A stretch of DNA of 63,213 nt, filler included, from Octopus bimaculoides (GCF_001194135.2; 4 parts of 3 records of this genome joined end to end with filler, not necessarily neighbours in it), one strand, 5' to 3'; shown: positions 22,158 through 36,750, numbered from the whole stretch's first letter. Program-made: numbers and translations. The notes: generated by a model from the sequence alone, not told the origin.

Positions 22158-22919
22158 CTTCTTTCAGTTTCTGTCTACCAAATCTACTCACGTGGCTTTG
22201 GTCGGCCCGAGGCTATATTAGAAGACACTCGCCCAAGGTGCCACGCTGTGGGACTGAACCTGGAACCTTGTGGTTGGGAAGTAAGCTTCTTGCCACACAT
22301 GGCTCTCACCTTCAATATGTTCCACTTGCTCTAACTTCATGTGCGGTGAGATTACTGGAATGCTGAAAACAGTTAGCGAGAAAATATGGTACCTACCGTC
22401 ACACATTCTCGCTTGTCAATGGCGGCCAGGATTTTTAATAGATCGTATCCGATGCTCATGGATTAAATAAACAAATTCTTTCTACGTATAATAGTTGCTA
22501 CAACAGCAATTAGTAGTAGTAGTAGTAGAAGTAGTAGTAGTAGTAATAGTAGTAGTAGTGGTGGTGGTGGTCGTGTTGGTGGTGGTGAAAATATGATGTG
22601 ATGGAGTTTATGTAAAATAAACATTTGCTGTGATCAAAGATCACGGTAATTTGATTTTGTTTTTTTTTTCTTGATTTTTTGGTAATTTTCATTTGCTTCT
22701 ATCTCTTGTTAAATAACATTGCGTGAATATTCCACATCATAAACGTGTACCAAAGTGGAGAGCATAATCAACGCCATCCTTATTATCCTCATCATCGCCA
22801 TCAGCAGCAGCAGCAGTAGCAGCGGCAGTGTCAACAACGACAAAAAAAAAAGATTAGCAACACAGACCACTAGAACGCCAACATCAACAACAAATTATAG
22901 ATAAAAACAAAAACAACAG

Positions 22920-23125
22920 CGTTGCTGCTGCTACTGCTGCTGCTGCTTCTGTTGCTGCTGTTATGGCTGCAGAGGATCATGATGATGCTGATGATGGTGC
23001 TGTTGGTGACGATGATGATGATGATGATGATGATGATGGTGGTGATAATGATGATGATGATGATGACGATGCTGACGATGACGACGATGATGATGATGAT
23101 AATTACGATGATGATAATAACGATG
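22920..23125. repeat. Compound (CTG)/(GAT) trinucleotide repeat
   Basis: Direct reading. Confidence 0.9.
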
Positions 23126-24249
23126 AGGTAAAAATATCAATCAAGGTATATATTTTAATTAAATATTTATCCTAATATAATTCAATTTTTCAAAAACCGA
23201 ATGATTTTTCCATAAATGTGGTTCTTTATATTTTAAAAGCATTTTTTTATATTTCTTCATTTATATATATATATNNNNNNNNNNNNNNNNNNNNNNNNNN
23301 NNNNNNNNNNNNNNNNNNNNNNNNNNNNNNNNNNNNNNNNNNNNNNNNNNNNNNNNNNNNNNNNNNNNNNNNNNNNNNNNNNNNNNNNNNNNNNNNNNNN
23401 NNNNNNNNNNNNNNNNNNNNNNNNNNNNNNNNNNNNNNNNNNNNNNNNNNNNNNNNNGGTGATGAAAGCAATAAATAAAATGTCCTATAAAGTATTATTG
23501 TCGTTGTTGATGTCGGATCTTTTTTCGTCACTTTAATTATTTATTTTTATTAATTTTCAGTCATTCGTTTATTTCCGTATTTTTGTTCCATGGTATTGCA
23601 TTTTTTTTGTTTTTTCATTTATAATTATTTCTTATTTATTTCTTCTTTTTTTTTTGGCAAAGTTAATTATTTTAAATTGTAAATATTTATGATGATTGAA
23701 AACTATGTAGTTTTGCAGGAGCAGATCTGTTGTTTAATTTAATTAAATCTAGCAGTTCTCGAGGCAATAAATTCGTGCCATGAAGCAACATATAATGCAA
23801 CACGGTGAGCAGAAGCAGAACAGTTATGGACATGTAAAGATTGCTGAAGAAAGCGCAGAGCATGGTTTCGTTCGATGGTAGAACGTATAGGAATGAATTT
23901 AAAACTAGAGACAGAGAAATGGAATATTAGGAAGAGTGAGAACACACGCTAGAACTATAACTAAATCGATAAAAAGTATAGAATTTATAAAGTAAAGAAA
24001 CGAAGATCAATTAACAGAAAATTGTAATTTTGAAGCTAACAGATGATTCGTTAAAGTCCATTTGCACAAACTTAGAACAAATAAATTTTATAAAATTCTT
24101 AAAATCTTATCAGAAAGAGAAAAAAGTATTTGTAAGATTTCTCATGTGTGATTCGCGGCTTTTAATATCAATATTAAAAGGGATGGACGGATATTTAACA
24201 CTTGTCTAGAAGCATACTAACAGCGTTTACTGATAATTATACGGATGAT

Positions 24250-24250
24250 G

Positions 24251-24297
<47 letters not shown>

Positions 24298-24486
24298 CTG
24301 GTGATGGTGGTGGTGGAGGTGGTAGTGGTGGTGGTGGTGGTAGTAGTAGTAGTAGTAATAGTGGTAGTAGTAGTAGTAGTCGTTGTTGCTAGTATTGCTG
24401 TTGTAGTAGCGGTGATAGTGTGGGTGACATTAGTTGTAACAGTAGTGGTAGTTGTCGCAGTGATATTGCTGGTGCTGTTGCGGCTG

Positions 24487-24537
<51 letters not shown>

Positions 24538-25020
24538 TTTGTAGGAGGAGGAGGAGAAGGAGGAGGAGGATGGCAGCAGTGCTTATGGTCAAGACAAAAC
24601 TGCTTATTGAATTTCATGATGACGATTGTGATGATAAAGATCGATATCATAGTGACATTTGTGGTAGAAGCGGTTGTTGTCGGTGGTGGCCGTGGTGGTG
24701 ATGGTGGCTGAGCTGCGGGGATGGTCGTTGGTGGTTGTAGTGACGTTATTGTGAGGACGATGGTAGGGACAACGAAGGAGCATGATGATGATGATTAAGA
24801 TGATAATGATGATGACGTTGCTAATCAGTATGGTGAGGTTGATGATGCAGTTGATGATGATTAAGATGTTGATGAAGATGTTGATGGTGAGGATGATGAA
24901 TATGATGATGGTGATGATGATGATTATGATGTTGAAGATGATGTTGATTGTGAGGATGATGGTGATGTAGGTGATGATGATGATGATGATGATGACGATG
25001 ATGGGAATGATGATGCTGAT
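24250..25020. repeat. Long compound (GTA)/(GTG)/(GAT) trinucleotide low-complexity tract
   Basis: Direct reading; it explains the poly-V, poly-T and poly-M ORFs. Confidence 0.9.
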
Positions 25021-25338
25021 AGTGTCGACAGAAACATTTTATGGTAATTATTTCGTCAATAGCCTAAGCATCCGTGCTGTGTGTATATATATCGAATCCA
25101 GTTAATTAATCATCGGAATTAAAATTACACACGAAACAACTTGTACTTGAAACTGGAGGAAAGCAAATATTTTCACTTTCATACAAAATGTCTCACTTGA
25201 TTTACTCAGGATTTTTCGTACCCGAGCGCAAGCGCCTGCCTCTCCGTATGTGCATGTCATGTTGTGTGTGTGTGCATGTGTGTATGTGTGTGTGTGTGTG
25301 TATGTGTGTGCATGTGTATGGGTGTGTGTATTTTACTC

Positions 25339-25725
25339 GGTGGGGGGGGGGCAATGGCCCAGTGGTTAGGGCAGTGGACTCACGGTCATAGGATCGCGGT
25401 TTCGATTCCCAGACCGGGAATTGTGAGTGTTTATTGAGCGAAAACACCTAAAGCTCCACGAGGCTCCAGCAGGGGATGGTGGCGAATCCTGCTGTACTCT
25501 TTCACCACAACTTTCTCTCACTCTTACGTCCTCTTTCTGTTATACCTGTAATTCAAAGGGTCAGCGTTGTCACACACTGCGTCACGTTGAATATCCTCGA
25601 GAACTACGTTAACGGTACACGTGTGCGTGAAGTGCTCAGCCACTTGCACGTTAATTTCACGAGCAGGCTGTTTCGTTGATCGGATCAACTGGAACCCTCG
25701 ACGTCGTAAGCGACGGAGTGCCAAC
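25339..25725 (+). mobile_element. SINE family C, near full length
   Basis: A-box tggcccagtgg, B-box ggtttcgattcc; 3' end gacggagtgccaac. Confidence 0.9.
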
Positions 25726-26451
25726 ATTTTACTCAGGAATGGCTGTGTGGTAAAAAAAATTCGCTGTCATGTACTTTCGGTTTCTGTCCCAGAGTGCGAC
25801 ACAATGGATGAGGGGTCTGTGTTATAACTCCTACCCGAGCAACGCCCTATGAGCAGTTTTTGATAAATGAAAACCGCGTGGAAGCCCGATATATAAGTGT
25901 TCGTGTGTGTGTTTGTGTGTGATTTATGTGTTTGTGTGTGCTTGTATGTATTTGAGTGTGCGTGTGTGTGTATGTATGAGTGCGATTGTGTTTGTACTTG
26001 CACATTACCGTTTAAAGACTGGTGCCATTTAATTCACACCCTTATAACTTAGCGACTCGGCAAAATATGTCCTACAGAGTACGACCAGATTGGAAAAAAA
26101 TAATTAAAAACTAAACAACTATTGACTCTTCAGTGTGGAACCCCTGTCAGGCCTTCATGAAATTAGTAAAGCAAAACAATGAAAACACGTTACTATGGCA
26201 GTAAAAACATTATTCTAGGTCTTTCGGAAAAGAGTTCACCAACGACTGACAATCACTTTCCCTATGAGTAGGTCGATAAAATTGTTTGCTCTTGATACTT
26301 CAATCACTGGTTATTTACGATAAAAAAAAGACAGGAAAAACATTCCGTCTATCAAACTTTTTGAACATGCGTATTCCGGTTAACGAATCGATATTCACAA
26401 ATTCTCAACAAATTTTCGATGAAACTTTCGTTCTGCTCACGCTTATTATAT

Positions 26452-26454
<3 letters not shown>

Positions 26455-26503
<49 letters not shown>

Positions 26504-26532
26504 TACTAGTATTATTATTATTGTTGTTATTT

Positions 26533-26566
<34 letters not shown>

Positions 26567-26638
26567 CAATATTATCATCACTATTGTTATTATCATCATC
26601 ATTATTATCATTATTATTGTTGTTAGTATTATTATTAA

Positions 26639-26687
<49 letters not shown>

Positions 26688-26880
26688 GACCTCAAGACAT
26701 GGCTATCAAAAATTGCAAACAAGCATTAAGCTGTCCCAGGGCACCATAGTCGAAGTCGTGAAAAATATCTTCTTCTTCTTCTTCTTCTTCTTCTTCTTCT
26801 TCTTCTTCTTCTTCTTCTTCTTCTTCTTCTTCTTCTTCTTTTTCTTTTTCTTCTTCTTCTTCCTTTTCCTATTCTTCTTG
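26455..26880. repeat. (TTA)n and (TTC)n microsatellites
   Basis: Direct reading. Confidence 0.9.
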
Positions 26881-27106
26881 CATTCAACAATTTACACAGC
26901 GGAACCAAAATCATTTAATAAAAAAAAAAAAAAGACGTAAGCCACGATGGAACTAAAGAGAGTTTTCTAATAAAGATAATGCCATGTGTCTATAGCTAAT
27001 GTTTGTATAACACCGGGCATTCTCCAGTAACCTAGCGGTTCAGCAAAAGTGACCTCCGATACAATACGTACTGGTCTTACAAAGTTAATGTATATGAAAA
27101 TCGAAG

Positions 27107-27230
27107 AAATCGACCCCAGGACTTATTCTTTGTAAGCTTAGTACTTATTTTATCGGTCGCTTTTGCCGAACCGCTAAGTTACGGGGACATAAACACAACA
27201 TCACTGGTTGTCAAGCGGAGACAAGCACGC
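27107..27230 (-). mobile_element. SINE family A 3' half
   Basis: Matches 17720-17850. Confidence 0.8.
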
Positions 27231-28455
27231 ATATATATATATACATACATACATACATACATACATACNNNNNNNNNNNNNNNNNNNNNNNNNNNNNNNN
27301 NNNNNNNNNNNNNNNNNNNNNNNNNNNNNNNNNNNNNNNNNNNNNNNNNNNNNNNNNNNNNNNNNNNNATGTATGTATATATGTGTGTGTGTGTGTGTGT
27401 ATGTGTGTGTGTGTGTGTTTGTGCATTGTTTAAATTTAGGTGTGTTTTGTATGCATATGTATGTCAGTAGTTGAGGTTATACTTTATTAAACATGATGGA
27501 CAAGATGTCTAGTATATTTGAGCGGTGACTGTAAACAACAGAAAGCAATCAAACAGATTTCTCACGTTTCCACATATAACATATATACGAAAACCATCAA
27601 CAACACTACCGCCCTCTCTATCTCCCACCTCGACAACCAACCCAAATAAAACCACCACCGACATTCATATTGTTCTATTGAAACATATCTATCCAGCAAA
27701 GAGAAAAACAAGAAGAATATACAGAAAAATATATATTACGTAGACATTTAAAATCTAAATATGTTGATGTAAACAACATCTCCATTTCAACCAGAACACC
27801 ATCAACATCGTCACTAATACAAGAAGCGATGGCAATATCAAACTAACAACTACATCTCTAATATAACATCGAAATGGAGAATCCTAAATTTATCTTATTC
27901 CATCTCCAAATTGATTTTATTTGTTTATTATTTTGTGCTACTATCGCAAATTATGAAGAATTTGACAGAAATATCTGTTTGCCGAAATATCTCTCTTTAA
28001 TTACTCGTAGATTCTAAAATAAATCTCGTGTTTATATTCTCCGCACGTTCATCTTTTGAATAGCAAGATTTCCTCTAGCATCGTAAACCGCTGATATGAC
28101 AGATTTTTTTCTTTTGTTTTTTTTTTTCTGTTTGAATTTGTATTTATTTGCTTTGAAAAAGGTAACAATTTTTTTTTAGTAGTTACTATGATATAAAAAA
28201 AAAAGATAATATTGATACGCTATTATTTCCTCAGTATATACATAAACGCAAATAAACAAGTGTAAATACACATACAGATATTTATATTTTTGTTTGTGTG
28301 TGTGCGCGCGCAGACATATATTCACGCAAAATCATACAAACATACGCACATTCATNNNNNNNNNNNNNNNNNNNNNNNNNNNNNNNNNNNNNNNNNNNNT
28401 TAATTAATTAANNNNNNNNNNNNNNNNNNNNNNNNNNNNNNNNNNNNNNNNNNNN

Positions 28456-28498
<43 letters not shown>

Positions 28499-28522
28499 TA
28501 TGTCTGTATATAGACATATATA

Positions 28523-28858
28523 GTGGTAGCGCAATGGCCCTAGTGGTTAGGGAAGTAGACTCGCGATCGTAGGATCGCGGTTTCGATTCCCAGAGTGGGC
28601 GTTGCGAGTGTTTAATGACCGAAAACACGCAATGCTCTACACGGCTCTGGCAACGGGTGGTGGTGAATCCTGCTGTACTTTTTCACCTCAACTTTCTCTC
28701 ACTCTTCTTGTTTCTGTTGTCACACTTGTCACACTCTGTGTCACGCTGAATCTCCTCAAGAACTACGTTAAGAGTACAGGTGTCTGTGGAGTGCTCAGCC
28801 ACGTTAATTTCACGAGCAGGCTGTTCCGTTGATCGGATCAACTGGAACCCTTGTCGTC
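28523..28858 (+). mobile_element. SINE family C
   Basis: Homology to 25339-25725. Confidence 0.88.
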
Positions 28859-28885
28859 AAATGGAATCCACGACGACACACACAC

Positions 28886-28962
<77 letters not shown>

Positions 28963-29324
28963 GTGTATGTGCGTATGTGTATGAGTGTGTGTGTATGCGT
29001 TGGTGTGTAAACACATGCATGCTTCCTTTGGGCAATGCAACAGCCCGCTGAGAGGTAAAGAAAAGCCAAAATCTGTTCTAAGGAGGAAGGAACAATTGCA
29101 AAGCAGTACCTCTGTGACCCACCTGCATGCGAACGGCAGCAATTACATCCAAAAGGCTATCTATATATTTACACTCATTCATATACAAGCAGACATAAAT
29201 CACAAATGGGTGTACATGGAAATAATGCTCATAACATCATGAACCCAAATATAAAGCTTTAGCAACATGTTATACACACAAACACATATGCATACATAGA
29301 GATTTGCACCACGCCGTTTATCCA

Positions 29325-29359
<35 letters not shown>

Positions 29360-29369
29360 GTATCCATCC

Positions 29370-29412
<43 letters not shown>

Positions 29413-30240
29413 AGTCCGTCTTTCTATTTTGTTTACGAATGTGTGTGTGCGCGCACATGCAACACATCAACACTTTACTCAACCGCACAGAACTGCATTC
29501 ATATAAACATGCACGCATAGACGTAAGTGCACCCACAAACGCATACCCTGATGCACTCACAGACTCAGAAGGATAGACACGGGTCCACACACATACAGGT
29601 AGTCGTACACGTGTGCATACACACATAGACACAGAAACAGACTTGGACCAGCCTTCTTTTCGATCCAAATCACATTAGCATACTCAAATATACTTCAGAT
29701 GAACGGACACTTTCGGTACGCATGCGAGAGACGATATCCACCAAACCCGCCCTTTACAAGAGACGGTCTATAACAACACAACACCCCACCAACAACCTAA
29801 CACACCAATACACCAGCTATACCAGCAACACAGCAACCGACTATCATTCACATAAATTTAACAAGGTACATCTGTATTCCACAACTGCATCATACATCCA
29901 TAATTCACTCACTCAGCAGGTTCGTTCTATAGATAGATTGCAGTGTGATCTGTTCAAATTCTCGTCAAATACGCAGCAATTTGCTATGTGTTTGTGCATA
30001 TATTTGAAATAGGTGGAGCAGATGAGGTGGTGTTGATTCCATGCGGTGTGCGTTGAGATAGGATGTATGTATAATGCGTGAGAGGGTAGAAAGTTTACGG
30101 TGGATGAGGAGTGCTTAAAGTGTATGAGTAATATACCTTGCAAATGCTTACACATACACACACGCATGATTGTACAAATATGGAAGTTCAGACGCAAAAT
30201 CGCAGATAACTATCTACACTGAAACACACACATGTCTATG

Positions 30241-30279
<39 letters not shown>

Positions 30280-31814
30280 NNNNNNNNNNNNNNNNNNNNN
30301 NNNNNNNNNNNNNNNNNNNNNNNNNNNNNNNNNNNNNNNNNNNNNNNNNNNNNNNNNNNNNNNNNNNNNNNNNNNNNNNNNNNNNNNNNNNNNNNNNNNN
30401 NNNNNNNNNNNNNNNNNNNNNNNNNNNNNNNNNNNNNNNNNNNNNNNNNNNNNNNNNNNNNNNNNNNNNNNNNNNNNNNNNNNNNNNNNNNNNNNNNNNN
30501 NNNNNNNNNNNNNNNNNNNNNNNNNNNNNNNNNNNNNNNNNNNNNNNNNNNNNNNNNNNNNNNNNNNNNNNNNNNNNNNNNNNNNNNNNNNNNNNNNNNN
30601 NNNNNNNNNNNNNNNNNNNNNNNNNNNNNNNNNNNNNNNNNNNNNNNNNNNNNNNNNNNNNNNNNNNNNNNNNNNNNNNNNNNNNNNNNNNNNNNNNNNN
30701 NNNNNNNNNNNNNNNNNNNNNNNNNNNNNNNNNNNNNNNNNNNNNNNNNNNNNNNNNNNNNNNNNNNNNNNNNNNNNNNNNNNNNNNNNNNNNNNNNNNN
30801 NNNNNNNNNNNNNNNNNNNNNNNNNNNNNNNNNNNNNNNNNNNNNNNNNNNNNNNNNNNNNNNNNNNNNNNNNNNNNNNNNNNNNNNNNNNNNNNNNNNN
30901 NNNNNNNNNNNNNNNNNNNNNNNNNNNNNNNNNNNNNNNNNNNNNNNNNNNNNNNNNNNNNNNNNNNNNNNNNNNNNNNNNNNNNNNNNNNNNNNNNNNN
31001 NNNNNNNNNNNNNNNNNNNNNNNNNNCATATATACGTGTGTATATGTATATGTATATATATACTTATGTATTTATGTATGTGTGTATGTATTTTGTATGT
31101 AGAAGTGCGTGTAAAAAGGACGAACGAAAGTGGGATCTTACACTTAATTTTTTTTAGTTCAGATTTATATTTACTTAGTAACAAATTGACAGCTTCTAAC
31201 GGGACTGAAACATTCGCGGACCTGAAAATACGACCACCTCCGCGGACGTTCGGACGTAAACAATTTTCGCAGAATTATATAACTATTTTAGGGTTTCAGC
31301 ATTTTGGTAGAGCAATGTGGTTGCATGTTTGTAGTGGAAAAAAGAAATATCTTCATGAATTAACTGTACGAGGAGGAAGAAAATAAAGGAAGATATTTCG
31401 TGAGAAATAACTCATACAATAAAAAATGGGAAGATGCTAGTGAGAAAGAAGGTAAATTTTATAGCAAGGGGCTAGCAAGGTAAGAATATTTCAACAAGAG
31501 GTATCCAGGCAGCATTTATTACAAGGGAGATAATCACTTCTAAATAAACCATTAATCATGGTGGGTTGAGCAATTTTAATTTGAAATCTAAGACTAACAA
31601 AAAAGACACAGATTATGCGTATATTTTTCGCCTCATTACAAAAATCATAAATAATTTTTAGGCATTAGTAAAAACGTAGAGCGATATTTTATCCCTTTCT
31701 CACGTCATCAGCATGAAATCTATTTTTATCAAAAATGTTTTCCTCCTTCCGAGCACTTAAAATGTGTTGGGGGTCAGTTTGTGAAAAAGAATCTAGCTCC
31801 AGGTCTACTTCATA

Positions 31815-31846
<32 letters not shown>

Positions 31847-32312
31847 GGTACTACAACTTTCTACTATTCATTAACTAATTAATCCATTTGTTAATAGTTT
31901 GCGTAGTTAATCGCTTGAATAACCATTGCCACCAGTCGGTTTGCCAAACTTTTTCCGTACACCATCGTGATCTCATCGGTGACGTAATCTAGGCAAACCA
32001 CGTCTGTCACGTTTGCCAAAGTGATAACGGATTCATCTCATAACACATGTGTATTTCACCAATGAAAGAAAGGCATCTACCGCTTCTTATCTACTTGAAC
32101 GTGATTCTAATAGGCGCAAGAGTGTCTGTCAAGCGAGCAGTTTGCTTCCCTATCCGGGTTGAATTTCCCTGTTTGGCACCATGTGCAAATGTCTTTTATT
32201 ATAGCTATGACTCGAAGCTGCAGTAGAAGACCCCTGTCCAAGTCGCCACGCTGTGAGACTCAACCCAGGACCATGTAGTTGAGGAGCAAACGTCATACCG
32301 CACAGCCATGTC

Positions 32313-32344
<32 letters not shown>

Positions 32345-32419
32345 TGTACGTGTGTATGCATTTATATATATACACACACAAACATACCCATACACGCACA
32401 TATATATGCCATATTTAAT

Positions 32420-32830
32420 TTAGTTAAAATATGTTTGTGACGAATTTCAACTGCTAAAAAGCAAATTCACTCTGGTTAACGTAGAAAAGATATTTCTCTT
32501 AGGATAAACGTATGTGAAAACACCCTATTTTTTTCGTTGTCCCAATCTATCAGGGCTTCCAGACTTCAAGTTAGTTAACATTTATCAATGGGAGGTAACT
32601 AAGAGAAGCAACTCTGAACAAATCCTATAAATCAAGAGCTTTATGTAAAACACAGTCAGTAACGTTGATTGATTTGCGCTGGTAAATCGCCCGATCTTGG
32701 AAATGTAACGAAATATTACCGTCAAGAAGTGTTTGGGCATAAGCAAAGTTTAGGTTAGTTAAGATATGTTTGTGACGAATTTCAACTGATAAAAGTCAAA
32801 TCCCTTGCAGTTACCATAGAGAAAATATTT
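32420..32830 (+). repeat. About 335-bp-period module, paralogous (inverted) to 45015-45408
   Basis: Shared exact blocks atatgtttgtgac (four copies) and cataagcaaagtttagg. Confidence 0.8.
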
Positions 32831-33031
32831 GTGCCATATGTACTCAGCCATATGTTTACTGTTGTCAGGCAGCAAGCTCAGAGATTTGCTAGAATCTCAA
32901 ATATTTGTCACAGCTCTTTATATTCCCAATTGCAACCACACCAAGGTCATCTTTGTGTCATACACTCTCGAGTTCGGTAAAAGAAAATAAATCATTGAAA
33001 TAGTGAGATGTGATTGACCGAATATTCACCT

Positions 33032-33094
<63 letters not shown>

Positions 33095-33300
33095 NNNNNN
33101 NNNNNNNNNNNNNNNNNNNNNNNNNNNNNNNNNNNNNNNNNNNNNNNNNNNNNNNNNNNNNNNNNNNNNNNNNNNNNNNNNNNNNNNNNNNNNNNNNNNN
33201 NNNNNNNNNNNNNNNNNNNNNNNNNNNNNNNNNNNNNNNNNNNNNNNNNNNNNNNNNNNNNNNNNNNNNNNNNNNNNNNNNNNNNNNNNNNNNNNNNNNN

Positions 33301-33963
33301 AAATTTAAATAATAAGGGTAAAAATTGATATTAATTTGATTTTGTTTAATATCAATTTGAACAAGTAGCCTAGCATATTGAAAACATCTGAAGATTCAGA
33401 AAAATTATATTACATACATATAAGAGGGGTGACCACTAGGTGGACATCCAATATACTAAATGTAGACCCCCATAGTGTCTGACTACTAACAAAAAATTGT
33501 TCTCAAGAAAATTTGGCAAACGCCAGAACGTAAGAGACCAAGATAAATGAAAAGATACAAAATAAAATGATTAGTCACATACCAGATTTCAATGTTACCA
33601 TTTACATATTTACAGACGTAAATGTCTGCAAATCATCAGTGTGAATGTCATAGAAAATATAATTTGCAGAACTATACACGAGACGCACACACGAGAGACA
33701 GCATACATACAGTTCTGTCAATTATATTTGTGCGTATATTTCAAATTTCTTCGTTTGGTGCGTCAAAGCCAGAAATGACTGTGCAGAAAATAATTTTCTG
33801 CATCGAAGCCTGCCGGATAGAGAGGATGGTTATTTAAATTTAAATAATAAGGGTAAAAAATTGATATTAATTTGATTATCAATTTAAACCAGTGGCCTAG
33901 CATATTGAAAAAATCTGAAGATTCAGAAAAATTATATTACATATATATAAGATGAATGACCAC
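33301..33963. repeat. Direct repeat of about 130 bp (33301-33436 and 33836-33963); possibly Penelope-like terminal repeats
   Basis: Both copies read aaatttaaataataagggtaaaaa..ctagcatattgaaaa.atctgaagattcagaaaaattatattac..gaccac. Confidence 0.75.
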
Positions 33964-34039
33964 TTTTCTCTAATTTCTTTTTCCTCCCTTCACCGTTGTC
34001 TATCTCTCTCTCTATCTCCTCCTCTTTCTCCTTTCTCCT

Positions 34040-34400
34040 TTCTCTCGTTGTTCACACGTGACCATCCTCCATCTTGTCCTCACGTGATCATCTTTCTTTT
34101 CTTTCAGGGTTGTCCTAAAGACTGGATGTATCCTGTCCCTCTCCAATCAATTCTCTTGTCAAATAAAATATTTCTCCAGCGTTCGCTACTTTAGTCTCGT
34201 TCTAGTCTAAGGACCCTCCATATCTGGTTTCACTCGGTTTCTTTGTATGTCTCCATGTCCTGTCTTTATTCCCAACTTTGACCCTCCATGAATTCCAAAT
34301 TTTATCTTAGTACTTATGGGAGCAACTGCCTTCTCAGAATCATATTGTCGTTCAATGCTCGAAATGAGGAGTAGATAGACAGCCGACAACTGATAAAGGG
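34040..34400 (-). mobile_element. Possible decayed CR1/L2-type RT C-terminal relic
   Basis: Weak: TPHFEH (cf. RPHLEY) and AGEIFYLTRELIG (cf. RGDLI..YKI..G), with many stops. Confidence 0.3.
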
Positions 34401-35346
34401 TCGTTCATTATGTTACTNNNNNNNNNNNNNNNNNNNNNNNNNNNNNNNNNNNNNNNNNNNNNNNNNNNNNNNNNNNNNNNNNNNNNNNNNNNNNNNNNNN
34501 NNNNNNNNNNNNNNNNNNNNNNNNNNNNNNNNNNNNNNNNNNNNNNNNNNNNNNNNNNNNNNNNNNNNNNNNNNNNNNNNNNNNNNNNNNNNNNNNNNNN
34601 NNNNNNNNNNNNNNNNNNNNNNNNNNNNNNNNNNNNNNNNNNNNNNNNNNNNNNNNNNNNNNNNNNNNNNNNNNNNNNNNNNNNNNNNNNNNNNNNNNNN
34701 NNNNNNNNNNNNNNNNNNNNNNNNNNNNNNNNNNNNNNNNNNNNNNNNNNNNNNNNNNNNNNNNNNNNNNNNNNNNNNNNNNNNNNNNNNNNNNNNNNNN
34801 NNNNNNNNNNNNNNNNNNNNNNNNNNNNNNNNNNNNNNNNNNNNNNNNNTATATATATATATATATATATATATATTTGCTCATTGACACTCACAGACAC
34901 ACGCATATTTAATATAATAATGATAATATAATATAGTACGTTTATGATGACGATGTATGTACTAAGATTGCACTAGAATTGAATCTTGAGAATCTTCACT
35001 CATAAGTAATTTGTGTCAATGTAAGAAATCAATGTTTTTTATAAAATTGATTTTATCGTGACATTTCCGATGCAGCAATGTGAGATATCATGTCAGTAAT
35101 GGTGTCAATAGAATATATTGATTATATCGATTATTGTGTAAAGAATGGATGTAAAATGATACAAGCATCGGTGTGTGGAGCTGGGGGATAATTTCTTGAA
35201 GGAAAATAAGCGTTAATCGTTGCCAAAAAATGTACATATTCGGATATGTGTATACATACAGACATATACACGATTGTTATGTAATTGTTCAACCAGAATC
35301 ATAATTAATGGAAATATACACGTACATATAATTCTGTAGTCATATG

Positions 35347-35394
<48 letters not shown>

Positions 35395-36311
35395 TATGTG
35401 TAGGTGTGTATATATATATATATATATAGATATAGATATATAAATGCANNNNNNNNNNNNNNNNNNNNNNNNNNNNNNNNNNNNNNNNNNNNNNNNNNNN
35501 NNNNNNNNNNNNNNNNNNNNNNNNNNNNNNNNNNNNNNNNNNNNNNNNNNNNNNNNNNNNNNNNNNNNNNNNNNNNNNNNNNNNNNNNNNNNNNNNNNNN
35601 NNNNNNNNNNNNNNNNNNNNNNNNNNNNNNNNNNNNNNNNNNNNNNNNNNNNNNNNNNNNNNNNNNNNACATATATATATATATATACACACATACATAC
35701 ACACATATAAATATATATACATATATAAATATATAAATACATACATCCATATATATAAATACACTCGCCCATACGCATATAAGTGCTCATGTGTAATTTT
35801 TTCTGTGGGGGGATTAGCTTATGATTGTAACAGGATGATTATATAACAACCATATTTCCTCTTCTGTACAATTTATATCCTTGAAAAATATCATCTCACA
35901 TTTTGCACAACAAATCTTGTGTCATTTTACATTCATACCTTTTATAAGAATCGATGAAAATCAATAAACGCTATTGAACAAATTACTGACATCATACCTC
36001 ACATTGTTGTATTGGAAATGTCACGATTAATTCAATTTTAAGACAATGATTACTCACCCCATCATAAATATATATACAATGAATGGGCACATACCCTGAT
36101 ACACACACTCAGAAATTATTCAAACAGAGTCTGTTCAGTCGTTCACAAGAATGCGCTTAAAAATTTGCGATGCATGAATTAAAGATATTTGCTGCCCATC
36201 CGAACATCTGTATGGAAACGATGGGAACATTTTGGTTTCATCATTAAATAAACAAATAGGACACGCTTAAAAATAGTGAACAAACGTCGATAGGTCGTAT
36301 TTTGTTAAACC

Positions 36312-36750
36312 AGGCGTATGTGTAGCTGATTGGTAAGCAGTTTGCTTTCCAACCACATGGCTCCGGTTTCAGTCCAACTGTATGGTACCTTTTAATATGA
36401 CCTCGGGCAAGGTTTTTTGTGGGTGAATTTGGTTGACGGAAAGTGAAAGAAGCCCGATATATGTGTGGGTGTGTTTGAGTGTGCGCGTACCTTTATGTGT
36501 TTAGAGGCATGAGTTTGCTCGCGCGAGTTTGTGCATGTGAACGTGGCTTTTGTCTGCGTTTGTTCCTACGAACGCTTGACAAAAGGTGTTGTGTTTACGC
36601 TCCCGTAATTTGGTAGCTCGGCAAAAGTCACCGATAGAGTAAGTATCAGGCCTTCAAAAAAGAAATGGGATCGAGTTATTCGACTAAAAAAAATTTCAAG
36701 GCGGTTCTCAATCGTAGCTGCTATCATATGGCTGGAACAAGTAAAATATA
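36312..36750 (+). mobile_element. SINE family A (decayed, full length)
   Basis: Head, core, internal TG tract and tail all align with the other copies. Confidence 0.8.

Noticed and set aside
25339-25420. tRNA genes (also 16524-16600, 28523-28600, 56815-56890)
   Set aside because: A and B boxes are present, but the cloverleaf is incomplete and each continues into a shared SINE body.
30170-31386. Long ORFs in the track (up to 384 aa; also 5655-6388, 8151-8897, 34352-34931, 36996-37966, 47162-47720, 60689-61402)
   Set aside because: They are open only because they cross runs of N.
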